Source: Macrostomum lignano (lineage: Eukaryota). From it: DNA of 36,497 nt. The notes below the pieces were generated by a model. It was not told the DNA's origin and made no database searches. It worked only from the letters and a program-made list of their open reading frames with translations. The position numbers and the translations under genes are program-made. Positions 25,349-36,115 of this stretch are shown one piece after another (position 1 is the first letter of the stretch; each line of letters begins with the position of its first letter). The DNA lies in the NCBI GenBank assembly GCA_002269645.1, contig NIVC01004738.1, positions 1-36,497 of the forward strand. The letters run 5' to 3'.

Positions 25349-25615
25349 TTGTGTATGCCGATTATGTACGCCAAGGACTTAGGGTGGCCATTTTGTACAC
25401 CGGAAAAGTTCTGGCATACATGCATACCATCCGCAACCTGGGCTAAATGGTGTTAAAAACTTGAAAATGCATAAATGAGATGCTTGTTTCATTACTAAAA
25501 TCAGATTTTATGACATAATCAAGGTAAACTGGGAAGAAATCTCCAATCCTGAAGTCAATCCCAGGATCCTGGGATTTCTAGTTTTTAAATATTGGGATCC
25601 TAGGATGGAAAAAAG

Positions 25616-26426
25616 GGTTTCCATGCATTTCAGTGCCCGTGCTTTTCGGTGCCCGGCATTTCAGTGCCCCAGATTGCTTTTCAGTGCCTCAATTTATGAT
25701 GCCGAAATGATGATAATAAAAAAGAAATCCAATAAATGTTCAAAACGTTCGATATTCCTAATAAAAGCAGTGTTCATTTTGTTAAGCTGGCACGCTTCTT
25801 AAATTTAGAAAAATCCGGTCAATTTAATTGCATGCAATTGCTGTACAGTATGTAATCATAATCATGTAATATACAATACAATCTGGCGGCACTCAGCAAG
25901 CGTGCCAGTGCTATGAAGACTTAGTTAGGTAAATTTGAAATCCATTAACGATGCTACATATAGTTTTGATCAAAATTATGAAATGTGACAAGTCTACATG
26001 TATTTTAGTTAGTATTGATTTTTTGAATCACACGCGACCGACGATCATGTTTTGTTTCATAAAACTGCCTAGGAAATGAAGTGTGTATTATTTGATGAGC
26101 TGAAATGATTAGACCATAATCTATAAGATTTTATTATAAGCGCATTTGGGGCATTAGTTTAAAATTTTGATGTGGATGAGAATCGAGTAATTTCGAAAAC
26201 CATTTTTTTGAATTAAAACACCAGGTCAGCTTAACAAAATGAATAATACCTTGTTTTTTTAAGTAAGTAGGTACTGCAAAGACAAAGCACTCACTGCTAA
26301 ATTATAAGGGCTCAATTTCTATATTCTTGTGTCCAATTCCAATGTATAATTTGGGCACCGAAAAGCAAGCTAGGGCACCGAAATGCCGGGCACCGAAAAG
26401 CACAGGCACCGAAAAGTGTGGATACC
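25616..26426 (+). mobile_element. Non-autonomous element with GG-terminal, about 80-bp imperfect TIRs (TTTCGGTGCC repeats); Merlin-like
   Basis: Ends GGTTTCCA and TGGATACC; 8-bp TSD GAAAAAAG at 25608-25615 and 26427-26434. GG termini with an 8-bp TSD fit Merlin, but the superfamily call is inference. Confidence 0.75.
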
Positions 26427-27924
26427 GAAAAAAGACAGGATTTTGCAACTCCTAGTGTAGGATATATAGGCCTACTATATGATCTGGAGTATAGCCTTTT
26501 TGCTATGTACATAACTTGTTATATGTGATATAAAACATTTTTTTAAATCTGTATGCATTGCAGATTGCTCTAAATAAAATATATAAACACTAAGAAAAGA
26601 ATCATAATAATTTAACAAGGCATCTAGATTCTACTAACTAAAGCTAAGTCCAGAGTCCTATACTAGGCCCCTATATAGGCCCTACCCCTACTAAGTTTGA
26701 TAGGGCCTGTGTTTTTACTTTTTAATGCTTGATAGGCCTACAAAATGTAACCTATTACTTTAATAAGATGTCAATTTTTACACTTAGTGGAGCCTTTATG
26801 AATCTATTTTATTAGAAATTAAAAAACATTTGGTATTGGGGGTCTAAAATCTGGATGTCAAATCCAAAATTTAAAAGGCCAATGATATCAACTATAATAA
26901 AGCCATTTAAAAATAAAAGACAGAAATGAAAGGCATAGAAATGACATAGCCATAAATAACGCCAATATCTTTAAGTTGTTATTACGAATAGGCCTACCGA
27001 ATAAATTATTATTTTTGAAATCGGTTTCGCTATTGTTGAGTTTCAAATGGGTATTGACATTTCTATGAACGTTTTCTGGTTATAACAACTCTTCGGCATT
27101 GAATGGGAAGGATCCACTTATTAAGTTCCTCGGACTTTGAAAGAGTTTATTAGTTAGCTGAGAAATCTAATTTGATAAATCATCTTAAAATATCTGCAAG
27201 CGGGGATGACAACCTGCCGACCTGGTTAGTTTGATTTGAATTTCCCGTCTAAGTATTCTTAAACTATGATTACGAAGTTTTAATGCTTTTACTATTACTG
27301 CGAGTAGTCATCACTGACGCCAACTCTTTTTACTCATTGTCTGAAAAATATTGTTTTCCAAAAAGTAAACATAGGCTTTTTATACACAGCAAGAACTCTT
27401 GTGCGTGTGTGTATACCAAGGACAACGTAAGTACTTAAGTCGTCCTTGGTGTATACGCTGAGCGGTGAGCGCTTTCAATTGTTCATGGTTTCGGATTATC
27501 TATGACTTGACAGGTTAACACAAAGACAATTAATTGAATTTATTGAATTTATTAAAATTTAAAATGTTAATATTAATGTTAATACAAGGGGCCTGTCAAC
27601 TTAAGGCTAAATTGGAGCTCGTGCAACCTATGTACCCAAAAAATACGTCATTCTACTCACCATGACGCCAGGAAACTGGGCTTGGCAAAAAACGCGATGA
27701 AAATTGGACTTGGGATAGGAGAGAACAAGCAATTGGCCGTTCCGCTGAACCAATATCAGGCTAAGGGCTACTAGCGAATTAGGATGTGATGAAACTCCTG
27801 CTTAGGAAGGCCAAATATTTTATTATACCTGCTGTTTTAATTCACTTTAATCTGACAATTTGAACAAAAGATTGTTGGGTCTTAATCAATATGATGTTTT
27901 GATACTCTAGCTGAGTATACATGT

Positions 27925-28410
27925 AACAACAACACAACAAAATACGCGGCCCCGCATGCAAAGTCACAGTTAGAGCGGGCGCGCCAAATGGCGCGCCGCT
28001 CAGAGCCTGGGAGCGAACGAAGTCCGCTCCGTTTGTAGTGTGGAGCAGCAGGACGTCCTGAACAGGTTGGGGGCAGTAGCCCTCGACCCGGATCACGTGG
28101 GTTGCACGCCATTTGAAGTCGCCGCCGGTGCATGCAGGATGGTGGACGGGCGCTGCAGCTTGGCCCGATCGTGCAGGGCCTCGGTCCCGACGCTCTCCGC
28201 GTCAGCTCGAAAGGCCGTACGGAGCAGCCCTGAGTGCGCCGAGTCCAGCTGCCGCTCTAGCGTAGCCGTCAGCGTCCACGTCTCGGCGTTGTAGAGCAGG
28301 ACGGTTTCGACCACCGCCTGCCACAGCCGAGCCCTCTGGCGGTCGGGCAGCGCTTCCGACTTGAGGACGGCTCGGCTCAAACGGAAGGCCGCCCAGGCAA
28401 GTCCTCTGTG
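27925..28410 (-). mobile_element. 5'-truncated RTE-like non-LTR retrotransposon 3' end
   Basis: RGLAWAAF..SRAVLKSEALPDRQRARLWQAVVETVLLYNAETWTLT; (TTG)n-type tail near 27925-27940; same family as 5600-6320. Confidence 0.78.
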
Positions 28411-28598
28411 TAATTATTCTTGACTTTGCTTCACTAATTAAGTCTCCACATTTTACCACCAGAATATACTGCTTTGGATTTATTCGCAGTGTACCTCGCT
28501 GTTTTTATTATTTATAAACCCTACGTCGCAAGTACTTTTCAAAGTTCTGCTGTAATATTTCTTAAAAAATTAAACAACTGGTTTACTGTGTACTGCAA

Positions 28599-30035
28599 AT
28601 GATGGATAACTTGGCATGTCCGAGTTGTGGATCTACTCGTTCAGCAAAGCTGCGAATTTGGATCGGCACATGCTGATGAGCCGCTGCTCTCGGGCTGCGC
28701 AGTTGGAGGCAAGCGGCGATTCGCCATCTCAGTTCCGCAACGCCAGGGAGACGCGCAACTTCATTGCCACACCGCTGGAGGAGCATTGAAGGCATTTCTC
28801 AACCCGAACCTCTTTCCCGAGATCTCTAGCCACCGTTGAACGAGTGACTTGGCTCAAGCGAGGCTACTTTGATCAGTTCTGCGACATGCTGCCTGAAACC
28901 TCACGCATGCGATTCCTCTGGAAGGAGAACAGAGCTTTTCTGTATCTGAAGAAGCTAAGGCAGGGTCTCAGCGCTTTAAATCTTTAGGCTTTGACTTTAA
29001 AATTTCTAGCCAGCGAGCTTGCAAAGTTTTTTGTGAGTTGCTGCCGACCAATTCAAGCTGGATCCCTATCAGCCTCATCACATCGCAGCTGATCCGCCAT
29101 CCGCCATGCTGAACTCCATTGTGAAAGATGAATTAATTGATCTTGGGTGTCTTTCACAATCTGCTGAGGGGGCGCAAGCTAGTGCTGCTGATTAGTGATC
29201 ACACATACTTCTATGTGCCAAAGAGCACCAAAGCTCGAACGTAAAGAAGAAGATGGATGCTGGTAAATAGCAGTGGCCATATTATGTACAGCTCACCATT
29301 CGCAGGTGCGATCTCCCCAACTCTTGGAGATGGCAACCTGACCGCGATGCAGCTCGATTGAGCCGGAGCTGACTTGCAGAGACTCTAGTTGCAAGTCGTG
29401 AGGATATTTGACAAGGATACAACAGGATACGACAGATGTCAATTTCGCTGACTTTCGTGCGGCGACAAAGTGGGGGCGATTATTTGCTTCTGTTTCCCAG
29501 CTCACCAGGTGATCCAGTGCTGAATGCCAACTTTGAGCACGTCGCAAACCTTTACCAATCAAGGGTCGGCCAATTTCTGGTAAGCTGACAGCAGCTGAGG
29601 CCAATAATAGCAGATGCGCAACCATGTTTCGCTACCTAGTCCAATGCACATTTGCCGCAATCAAGCAGGACAAGTGCATTAACGAGAGGCACGAGCCATA
29701 TCAGCCGTGTAGCTTCGCTTGGATGTGATCGTTGAGAATTCCATGGCCAAGTACAACCGCAGTCATCCGGGATTCCGATACAAGAAGCAGCTGCCACCTT
29801 CATGGAAAGGTCAGTCAATGTTTGAATTCGGCAGGAACTTCGCCAGAAGAATTTATCTGTCAAATGAATTCGACGACAATGAGAGGCTCCGATTTAACTG
29901 CGATGTCACTCGCATTCCGACTCTGAATTCGCGCAAATGGATCGCAGCTAATGCACTTGATCCGACCAGCTCCAAACTTCCTCGCATCTGTGCCTTGAAT
30001 CTGGAAGAGGTGTACGTACCAGTTTCAGCCTATAC
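28599..30035 (+). pseudogene. Degenerate DDE_Tnp_4-like (PIF/Harbinger-ISL2EU) transposase with N-terminal zinc-finger-like motif
   Basis: Across frameshifts and stops: CPSCGST.FSKAANLDRHM, LISDHTYFYVPKS, MLVNSSGHI..PF, FDKGY-like, KLTAAEANNSRCATMFRYLVQCTFAAIKQ (third acidic residue appears as Q), and W....LD...KLPRICALNLEEV. Confidence 0.6.
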
Positions 30036-30039
30036 TCTT

Positions 30040-30420
30040 CAGCCAAGGTCGGCAGTAGAACTGCAGGCACGCGCCTCTCGGACATCGAGCTGTCCATCAC
30101 CGTCAGCCAGCGGCTCGGTCTGCAAACTGCTGCTTCTGGAGTGTGCGAGTGCCGCCAGCCACTCGATGCCCTGGGGGACCACGCCCTCACCTGTAAACGT
30201 GGCGTCGAGCGCTTCCGGTGACACGACGAGTTCAACTCGCGGCTCCGGGACATCCTGGGGGAGGCCAGCTTTTCATTGGTGCTCGAACCAGATGGTCTCG
30301 ATGGCACCACGGTGGTAGCTTTCGAGCGCGGACGACTGTCGGCTTGGGACGCGACTATCACACACACCTGCGCCCCAACAAGTCACCTGCACGCTTTTCC
30401 GTCGTCCCCCCGCGCAGCTG
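30040..30420 (+). mobile_element. CRE-like non-LTR fragment with CCHC finger and restriction-like endonuclease (RLE) motif
   Basis: GTRLSDIELSITVSQRLGL...CECRQPLDALGDHALTCKRGVERFR*HD...LEPDGL-DGTT..FERGRL.AWDATITHTCAP. Confidence 0.75.
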
Positions 30421-32139
30421 CCACCAGGCCGGCAAATCCTCCCGGTCGGGGTGGAGACTCTGCAGGGCGCCCTTGTCCCCCATGCTCTGGAGCTTGTTAT
30501 CGCTCTTGCGGCTCCCCTTATGAGCTTAACTTGACATAATATTCCCAATTATCCCCTGTTTGTTCTCCCCTATCCCGGGTCCAATTTTCGTCGCACTTTT
30601 TTGCCAAACCCAGCTTCCTGGCGTCACTGTGAACAGAATGACGTATCATTTGTGTACACAGGTTACTCGGGCTCCACTTTATGAGCTTGAGTTGACATAA
30701 TATTCCTAATTATACCCTTGTTTATTTTCCACTTTAACATAAATTCTGGTAACTCTATTACTCATGTGATAAGGCCGGTTTACATTAAAGCTGGAAGCTC
30801 AACGGGTCAAATATTTCTCAAACCAGTTTACAGTTAGTTTATTCCCATTTTAAAATTGATGGGTTTCGACCTTTCAGGCCCCTTGTGAGGGAGCCTTCGG
30901 GCCTCAGGTCTCAGAAATAAATCAATTAGAGTCCTGGCCCCCCACTCCTGTCAGATGGTCAGCCCCATGGTAGCTTGATCGTGTGGCGAGCAGTCTAGGT
31001 CCTATAGCTAAGAGAGGGACAGCGAGAGACAAGCAGGGAGAATTTTGAAGGTAGAAATTAGCTAATCCGCAGACTAAGCTAACTCGCTGCCATCAGCCCG
31101 TGCGTCCTGGCTCACCACACCGGGACTCTCGAAATCGGGCTTCCGACTAGAAGGGGCTTTGCACTTACCTGCCAACTAGTGTCTTTTTGCTGTCAATCTC
31201 GAAGTCATAGCCGATGATAAGGGACACTGCTGGGACTAGATCGCATTGGCCATGCAGGTACAGAGGGGACTTGTGCAGGGGATTCTTGCAGTGGCGAGTC
31301 TATGGGGCAGCTACATGTACTATTACATTGCTAAATACGAAGATATGTACTTTTGGCCTTCAACGCGCCAACTAGCCTCTCATAGCGCTGATGATAGACT
31401 AACTCGAACTTCGGAGACCTCGCATGATTCGTTACCCGAGCCGCTTGGCTAACCTAGAGTGCACGAAGTACATCTCTGGCGCCGATTCTGCACTTCTGGC
31501 AGTTTTGCTCACTGGTTTGATAGATTGATCGACTGAAAGCTGCCTGGCCATTGGTCCACTGTGACCGGCGCCTACTAGCTTAGCTACTCATCTGAGCCAT
31601 CGGCGAACAAAGAAATAAAACCGATAAAAATAACTGTTAGATTTAACCTTCTCCTTATATCTCTTCACACCTCAGATTGAATTGGAGTTTCAGACTACTA
31701 GCAGTATTATTGAATGATTTCTGCCTCAGTAACAGCACTACTGAACAAAATGAGCAAAAGTGTTCAGCTACTGAAACAGGGGACAGATAGGGGATCACCC
31801 AATCAAGCAAGTCTAGGTAGCCTCTCACCCAACCAATCAGAAACTCAACAGCCGGAGACCAGGTAATCCACAGTGACCGAATCGGCTTGATGCTCTGTGG
31901 CGGTAGACTCGGGATGGTGCTGTCACAGTCTTCGCTGATAGCTAGCAGGTGATGATCTTCGCTTGATGTTCGCTGCTGACGACCGGGGGACTCGTCCTTG
32001 ATGATGATGGGGGAAGTCGCAATCCGGGGATCAAGAAACGACGGTCGCGCTCCGGGAACCAGAAGTTGCGTGCTGGGCCCGAGCCAAAGTTCCAAGCAAG
32101 TAGAACCCGGGTTAAGTCCGAGCGGGCCAAAAACTTCGG

Positions 32140-32273
32140 TTTAAATAGCCGCCAACTGGACCGCAGTTTGTTATAATGGAACACGTCGATTCTGATTGGC
32201 TGAGCCGTTTTGTTAAAATGAGCGCCGAATTTTCTGATTGGCTAAGCTTGTTGCTACCCAGAATCACGTGACC
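32140..32273 (-). promoter_or_regulatory. Promoter-like cluster facing left: two CCAAT boxes, TATA-like box and E-box
   Basis: TTCTGATTGGCT at 32190-32201 and 32232-32243 (42-bp spacing); CTATTTAAA at 32140-32148; TCACGTGA at 32266-32273. Confidence 0.5.
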
Positions 32274-33532
32274 GAGAGATCCTATCAGTTCCCACAGGGT
32301 CGTAAAAAGATGACAGGTGCGGCCATAAATCACTCAAAATCGCAACAAAATGATTTATGACATTTCGCGTAGGATTGACAGAAATTAATGAAAAAATATA
32401 CATTAGAAAGCTCTTATTAAATAGAAAGTGAAGATAATGAAGAGAAATTGCTAATCGCTAATCCCAAAGTACTTTTAGGGGTAAAACGCATAGCTGTCAA
32501 AGCTGTCACACGCTTGAGTGAATCCAAACAATAGGCACTGACCTCATAAATCTTGATGGCCTGTCAAAATGATGAGAAAAAAGCTACCGCCCGCATCCTC
32601 TCAGACCATCTTGCGCCCGTCTCAACACTGAGTGAGGCGCAGGTGGCTGTCAGACCAGCTTCGAGAGCGATGATTTGTGACCCAAAAAGCAATGCCTATG
32701 TTATTATGACTACTAGTATGACCAAACATTATATCTAGTATAGATTCTATGCCTATTCGCAGAAAAAGGATAAAAATGCCCACTGCCCACTGTTAGTAGG
32801 CTGGTAAGTTTCGAGCCCATGTGCTAGCGCGGGATTTGGGAAAAAGTGCGTCCTCATCAAAATTAAAATCTAAACCAGCCTTAAAGCACTGGAGACCATG
32901 AAATGGTGCCCTTAATAATGTCGCGGCTCTGCAGTGAGTGTGACGCTCGATAATTTTCATACTCATGAACTATGGTTCAGAATAACGAATGACATGTAAA
33001 ACTTGATTCATACAAATTATCTGACGTTACATATAAAGCAGCTGTATTGAGAAAAATTTTGTTTTTCTACGGTTCGTTTGAAATTCTTGTTAAAACTGGA
33101 CTTTGATCCATTTTCTCATTTTAGGATAAAAATTTTTAAATTTCAATAACATTAGAAATCTACCGAGTGCATGTCTGCATGTCTGCGTTGGTTGTTTGCT
33201 ATTGCAGTACATATGCATGTTGCTACAATATAAATATATTTATGTCGCTTGGAGAATGAGAAAAGCATCATTCTATGCTGAGCTTGCAGAAAGCAGTCTC
33301 GTGAATGCTATAGGCAATGGTTGTATGTGTAAGACTACAGGTGGTTGTTTTTGTGTCAGTAATTTCTGACCATGACGCACATTATTCGTACCAAATTACT
33401 CGTACAAATTGTATTATCGGAGGTCTCGTGATTTCATCGACTTGAAGAGCTACAGCAGAAGGTCTAATTAAGTTTTTCTCGAGCGTTGTACCTACAGGCA
33501 GGCTAGCTCTGCTAATTGTGATGATTAGCTAA

Positions 33533-33600
33533 AGATAAGATAAGATCGATAAGCAAGTATTTTAGCCAGAAGAGAACCGCGCAGTATAAAATCTCGGCTA
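33533..33600 (+). promoter_or_regulatory. Candidate core promoter of GH1 copy B: tandem GATA (AGATAAGATAA plus a third GATAAG) + TATA box (TATAAAATCTCGGCTA)
   Basis: Matches the copy A promoter motifs (14/16 at the TATA block); the TATA box ends about 130 bp upstream of the ATG. Confidence 0.6.
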
Positions 33601-33722
33601 CTCGTCGGACCTCTGCGCCACTGAGAAGCTTATTCCAAGAGTTATAGATTGTTTTTCGCCTTGCGTCAGTTTTTCAACATCGTTAATTTGTGTGCAAGCA
33701 CAGCGCTGCTCCCAACTCGAAA

Positions 33723-33867
33723 ATGACGTCGCGAATGGCGTTTGTCGCTGCGATTGCAGTCACTCTGATGCTAATCAGCTCGGCTCCTGCACAGTGCACT
33801 GCTGAGGAGTTCCTCTGGGGCACGGCAACCTCCGCCTACCAGATCGAGGGTGCCTGGGATGTTGACG
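33723..33867 (+). CDS. GH1 copy B exon 1 (signal peptide + EEFLWGTATSAYQIEGAWDVDG)
   Basis: ATG at 33723, hydrophobic leader, donor GTGAGC at 33868. Confidence 0.92.
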
Positions 33868-33904
33868 GTGAGCGGATATTGCTGCAAAGTAGCTTTTAAC
33901 TCGT

Positions 33905-34240
33905 ACTTGACCTAACTTGACTTAGCTGAGGGTGGCCCGAAGGTACAGCAGGGAGCTAGAGGTGAAGGTCACCAATTCTGCCCACTCCTGTAGGCCAGCA
34001 GACAGGTAAAGGTGAGGGGTCGGTCAGGTGGTCCACCAGTCCGTTCTGCAGCGTTATCTTCCATGGGGATGGCTCGGCTTGTTTCCCGGAGCTGAAACTG
34101 GATGAGATGTCGGATGCTGTCTGGCTGACAGACCTCGTCGATGGACGGATTGGGCCCGAGGTACGTAGCGTAGCCGGTCTCTGGTGAAAAAAGGGCAGTG
34201 ACAGACAAAGTGCTGAGCCCATTAGTGGGCAGCGTAGCTG
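33905..34240 (-). mobile_element. Short 3' fragment of the I-group non-LTR family, inserted antisense in GH1 copy B intron 1
   Basis: The tail CAGCTAAGTCAAGT is identical to 7065-7078; the translation GYATYLGPNPSIDEVCQPDSIRHLIQF resembles RLTSLGQNPDLSDVF..LIRYL of 6540-7085. Confidence 0.65.
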
Positions 34241-34349
34241 GGATCTCGGAAGCGTTTCTTTTTTCACTTCCATTGGAGTTGCCTGATGCTTAATAATCAT
34301 TGATATCGAATTTTGAAGTTTCTTTGAGCCAATAACACACCATTCGCAG

Positions 34350-34747
34350 GCAAAGGAATGAGCATCTGGGACGAGTTTGTCCGTCGAAACGGCACCACCA
34401 TCAAGGACAACAGCACCGCCGACATAGCCTGCAGAAGCTATGAAAAGTACAAAGAGGATGTCCAGCTGCTCAAACAGCTGGGTGTTAACAGTTACCGATT
34501 CTCGATCTCCTGGCCTCGAGTTCTGCCCAACGGAACCCTGGCGGGTGGCATCAACGAGAAAGGCATTCAATATTACGTAAACCTGGTGGACGAACTGCTT
34601 GCAAACGGAATTCAGCCATTGGCGACTCTCTACCACTGGGACCTGCCGCTGACTCTGCAGAATGAGTTTGAAGGCTGGGAGAGCGAGCAGATCATTCCGC
34701 ACTTTGTGGACTACGCCGAGCTGATGTTCGAGAGGCTGGGCGACAAG
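34350..34747 (+). CDS. GH1 copy B exon 2 (donor reads TT instead of GT)
   Basis: 398 nt, the same length as copy A exon 2, with 14 differences. Confidence 0.92.
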
Positions 34748-35645
34748 TTGAGCTAGTAGATAGGCGATTAGTTAGCATTTTGGACTGCAGAGTGATTCAT
34801 GCCTGTACAACTCAGAGGGTCTTAAAAGAGTACTGTAAGATTAAGAACTTGTCGAAGAAGTCGTTTAATAACATTTTACGACAAATCTACGAGTATGTTC
34901 GAGTCCTTCAAGTTCATGCATTCGCCTTTACAATTTTGAAGACAACAAAATTGTTGTTTATTGAGAGGTCGAATGTCTCTAACTGAGTAGCCAATGAAAA
35001 CAACCAGGTTAGCACGGCAAGGCTCGTACGAGTATTTCTGGCGATACGAGAAACCCCAACTGAAATACAATATAAACGTCGATTCTGAATTCAAGCGAAA
35101 TTTCGAAATGATAAGATATTAACTTTTGCTTAGTTAGCCTTTAGTATTCCAGACCTGTCAAAAAGTTGCCGAGTTGATTAATACTGAACTTCGACAAAGT
35201 ATCTCTAATCAGTTCGGAAATTTCCATACCTCAAGCCCGGCCCTGCAAATTGATAATGGGACAGACCGAATCTTTTGTTAGAGTTGCCAAGTTCCCCCTT
35301 CAACCTAGAAAAATTGACGAAATAAATTACCTGTTCCATAGTTGCCAGCGCTCAGAAATTTTTTTTATTAGAGGCAGGGGGTTGTGTGCACCCTGGCGCA
35401 CTTTAAGCGACATAGGCACACAACCGGCGAGAGGCATTACTGCCCATTCCGCCGACTCCCCTGAGCAGGCATACAAGCGCGCGGATACGTACGCAGGCAC
35501 ACACTCACACAGGAGTGTACAGCGGCCCTAACTTTATTTTATCGTTAGGCATGTACACTTCACTGCGCCTTGGGGGGTTGGCTCTCAAGGCCGTTAATTG
35601 CACGAGCAAAGCCAAGCCGAGATTCCAATTCAGCTCCAAATTAAT

Positions 35646-35717
35646 GTGACTGCACTTGGAATCGAGCCTGGGTCGCTGGCACACCAGACAGCTGCGCTAC
35701 CGCTGGGCTACGCCCCC
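35646..35717 (-). mobile_element. tRNA-derived SINE head (pseudo-tRNA), antisense in GH1 copy B intron 2
   Basis: GGGGGCG-TAGCCCAGCGG (A box) and GGCTCGATTCC (B box) at tRNA spacing. The acceptor stem does not pair and the anticodon arm is irregular, so this is not a functional tRNA. Confidence 0.65.
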
Positions 35718-36115
35718 CCCCCCCGCGCTCAGAAATCACAGACGAAGGTCACCTGTGCAGTGAGTATCAGCAGTGACCTGTTTCACAAGAAAATATTTGT
35801 GAAAAATTGAGACTTCAGACACAGACACCAATATTGCGTAGCATGGGTTTTCCCCATTTTTTCTAAATTCCCCAATAAATAGCAATGCATTTTGATGAAA
35901 TGTTTTGGTTCGTACATAGTATACTCGATTGCCTGGATAATCTAGTAGACTACATGTACCCCATTATACGCTTTTTATCTAGAGCGCAATCTAAAACACA
36001 AACTATATTTCTCATAGTTATGGAGATTCTAATTTTGCATCTCCCGACAAGGCAACAAATCTTTACAAGAAACGACTTCTGCATAGAAACCAAACCCTTT
36101 TCCATTGCATTCCAG

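Larger units (their letters stand above)
23337..25441 (+). mobile_element. hAT-type element (TIR CCAGKKTGCRGAT; GTGTATGCC subterminal repeats) carrying two nested elements
   Basis: TIRs match at 10/13; 8-bp TSD GCTAAATG at 23329-23336 and 25442-25449. About 570 bp remain after removing the nested inserts. Confidence 0.82.
22596..26454 (+). mobile_element. Outer hAT-type element (TIR TAGGRGTTGCAA; GGGATCCTAGGAT subterminal motifs) hosting nested insertions
   Basis: TIRs at 22596-22607 and 26443-26454; flanks GTATGGGA and GTGTAGGA match at 6/8, consistent with an aged TSD. Confidence 0.7.
27594..30697 (+). mobile_element. Decayed PIF/Harbinger-ISL2EU-type DNA transposon bounded by about 135-bp inverted repeats
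   Basis: 27594-27728 and 30560-30697 are inverted homologues (for example TGACGCCAGGAA.CTGGG.TTGGCAAAAAA) and enclose a DDE_Tnp_4-like relic; exact termini and TSD not resolved. Confidence 0.6.

Noticed and set aside
27000-27260. Possible hAT dimerisation-domain relic (VITRKRS / PENV) on the minus strand
   Set aside because: Motif pieces are in different frames and too short to distinguish from chance.
29719-30318. 199-aa ORF with HMG-box-like tail (KYNRSHPGFRYKK)
   Set aside because: No upstream HMG helices; better explained as the transposase relic C-terminus running into the CRE fragment out of frame.
31200-31500. Faint BTB/POZ-like wording on the minus strand
   Set aside because: Multiple stops and too few conserved residues to support the call without an HMM search.
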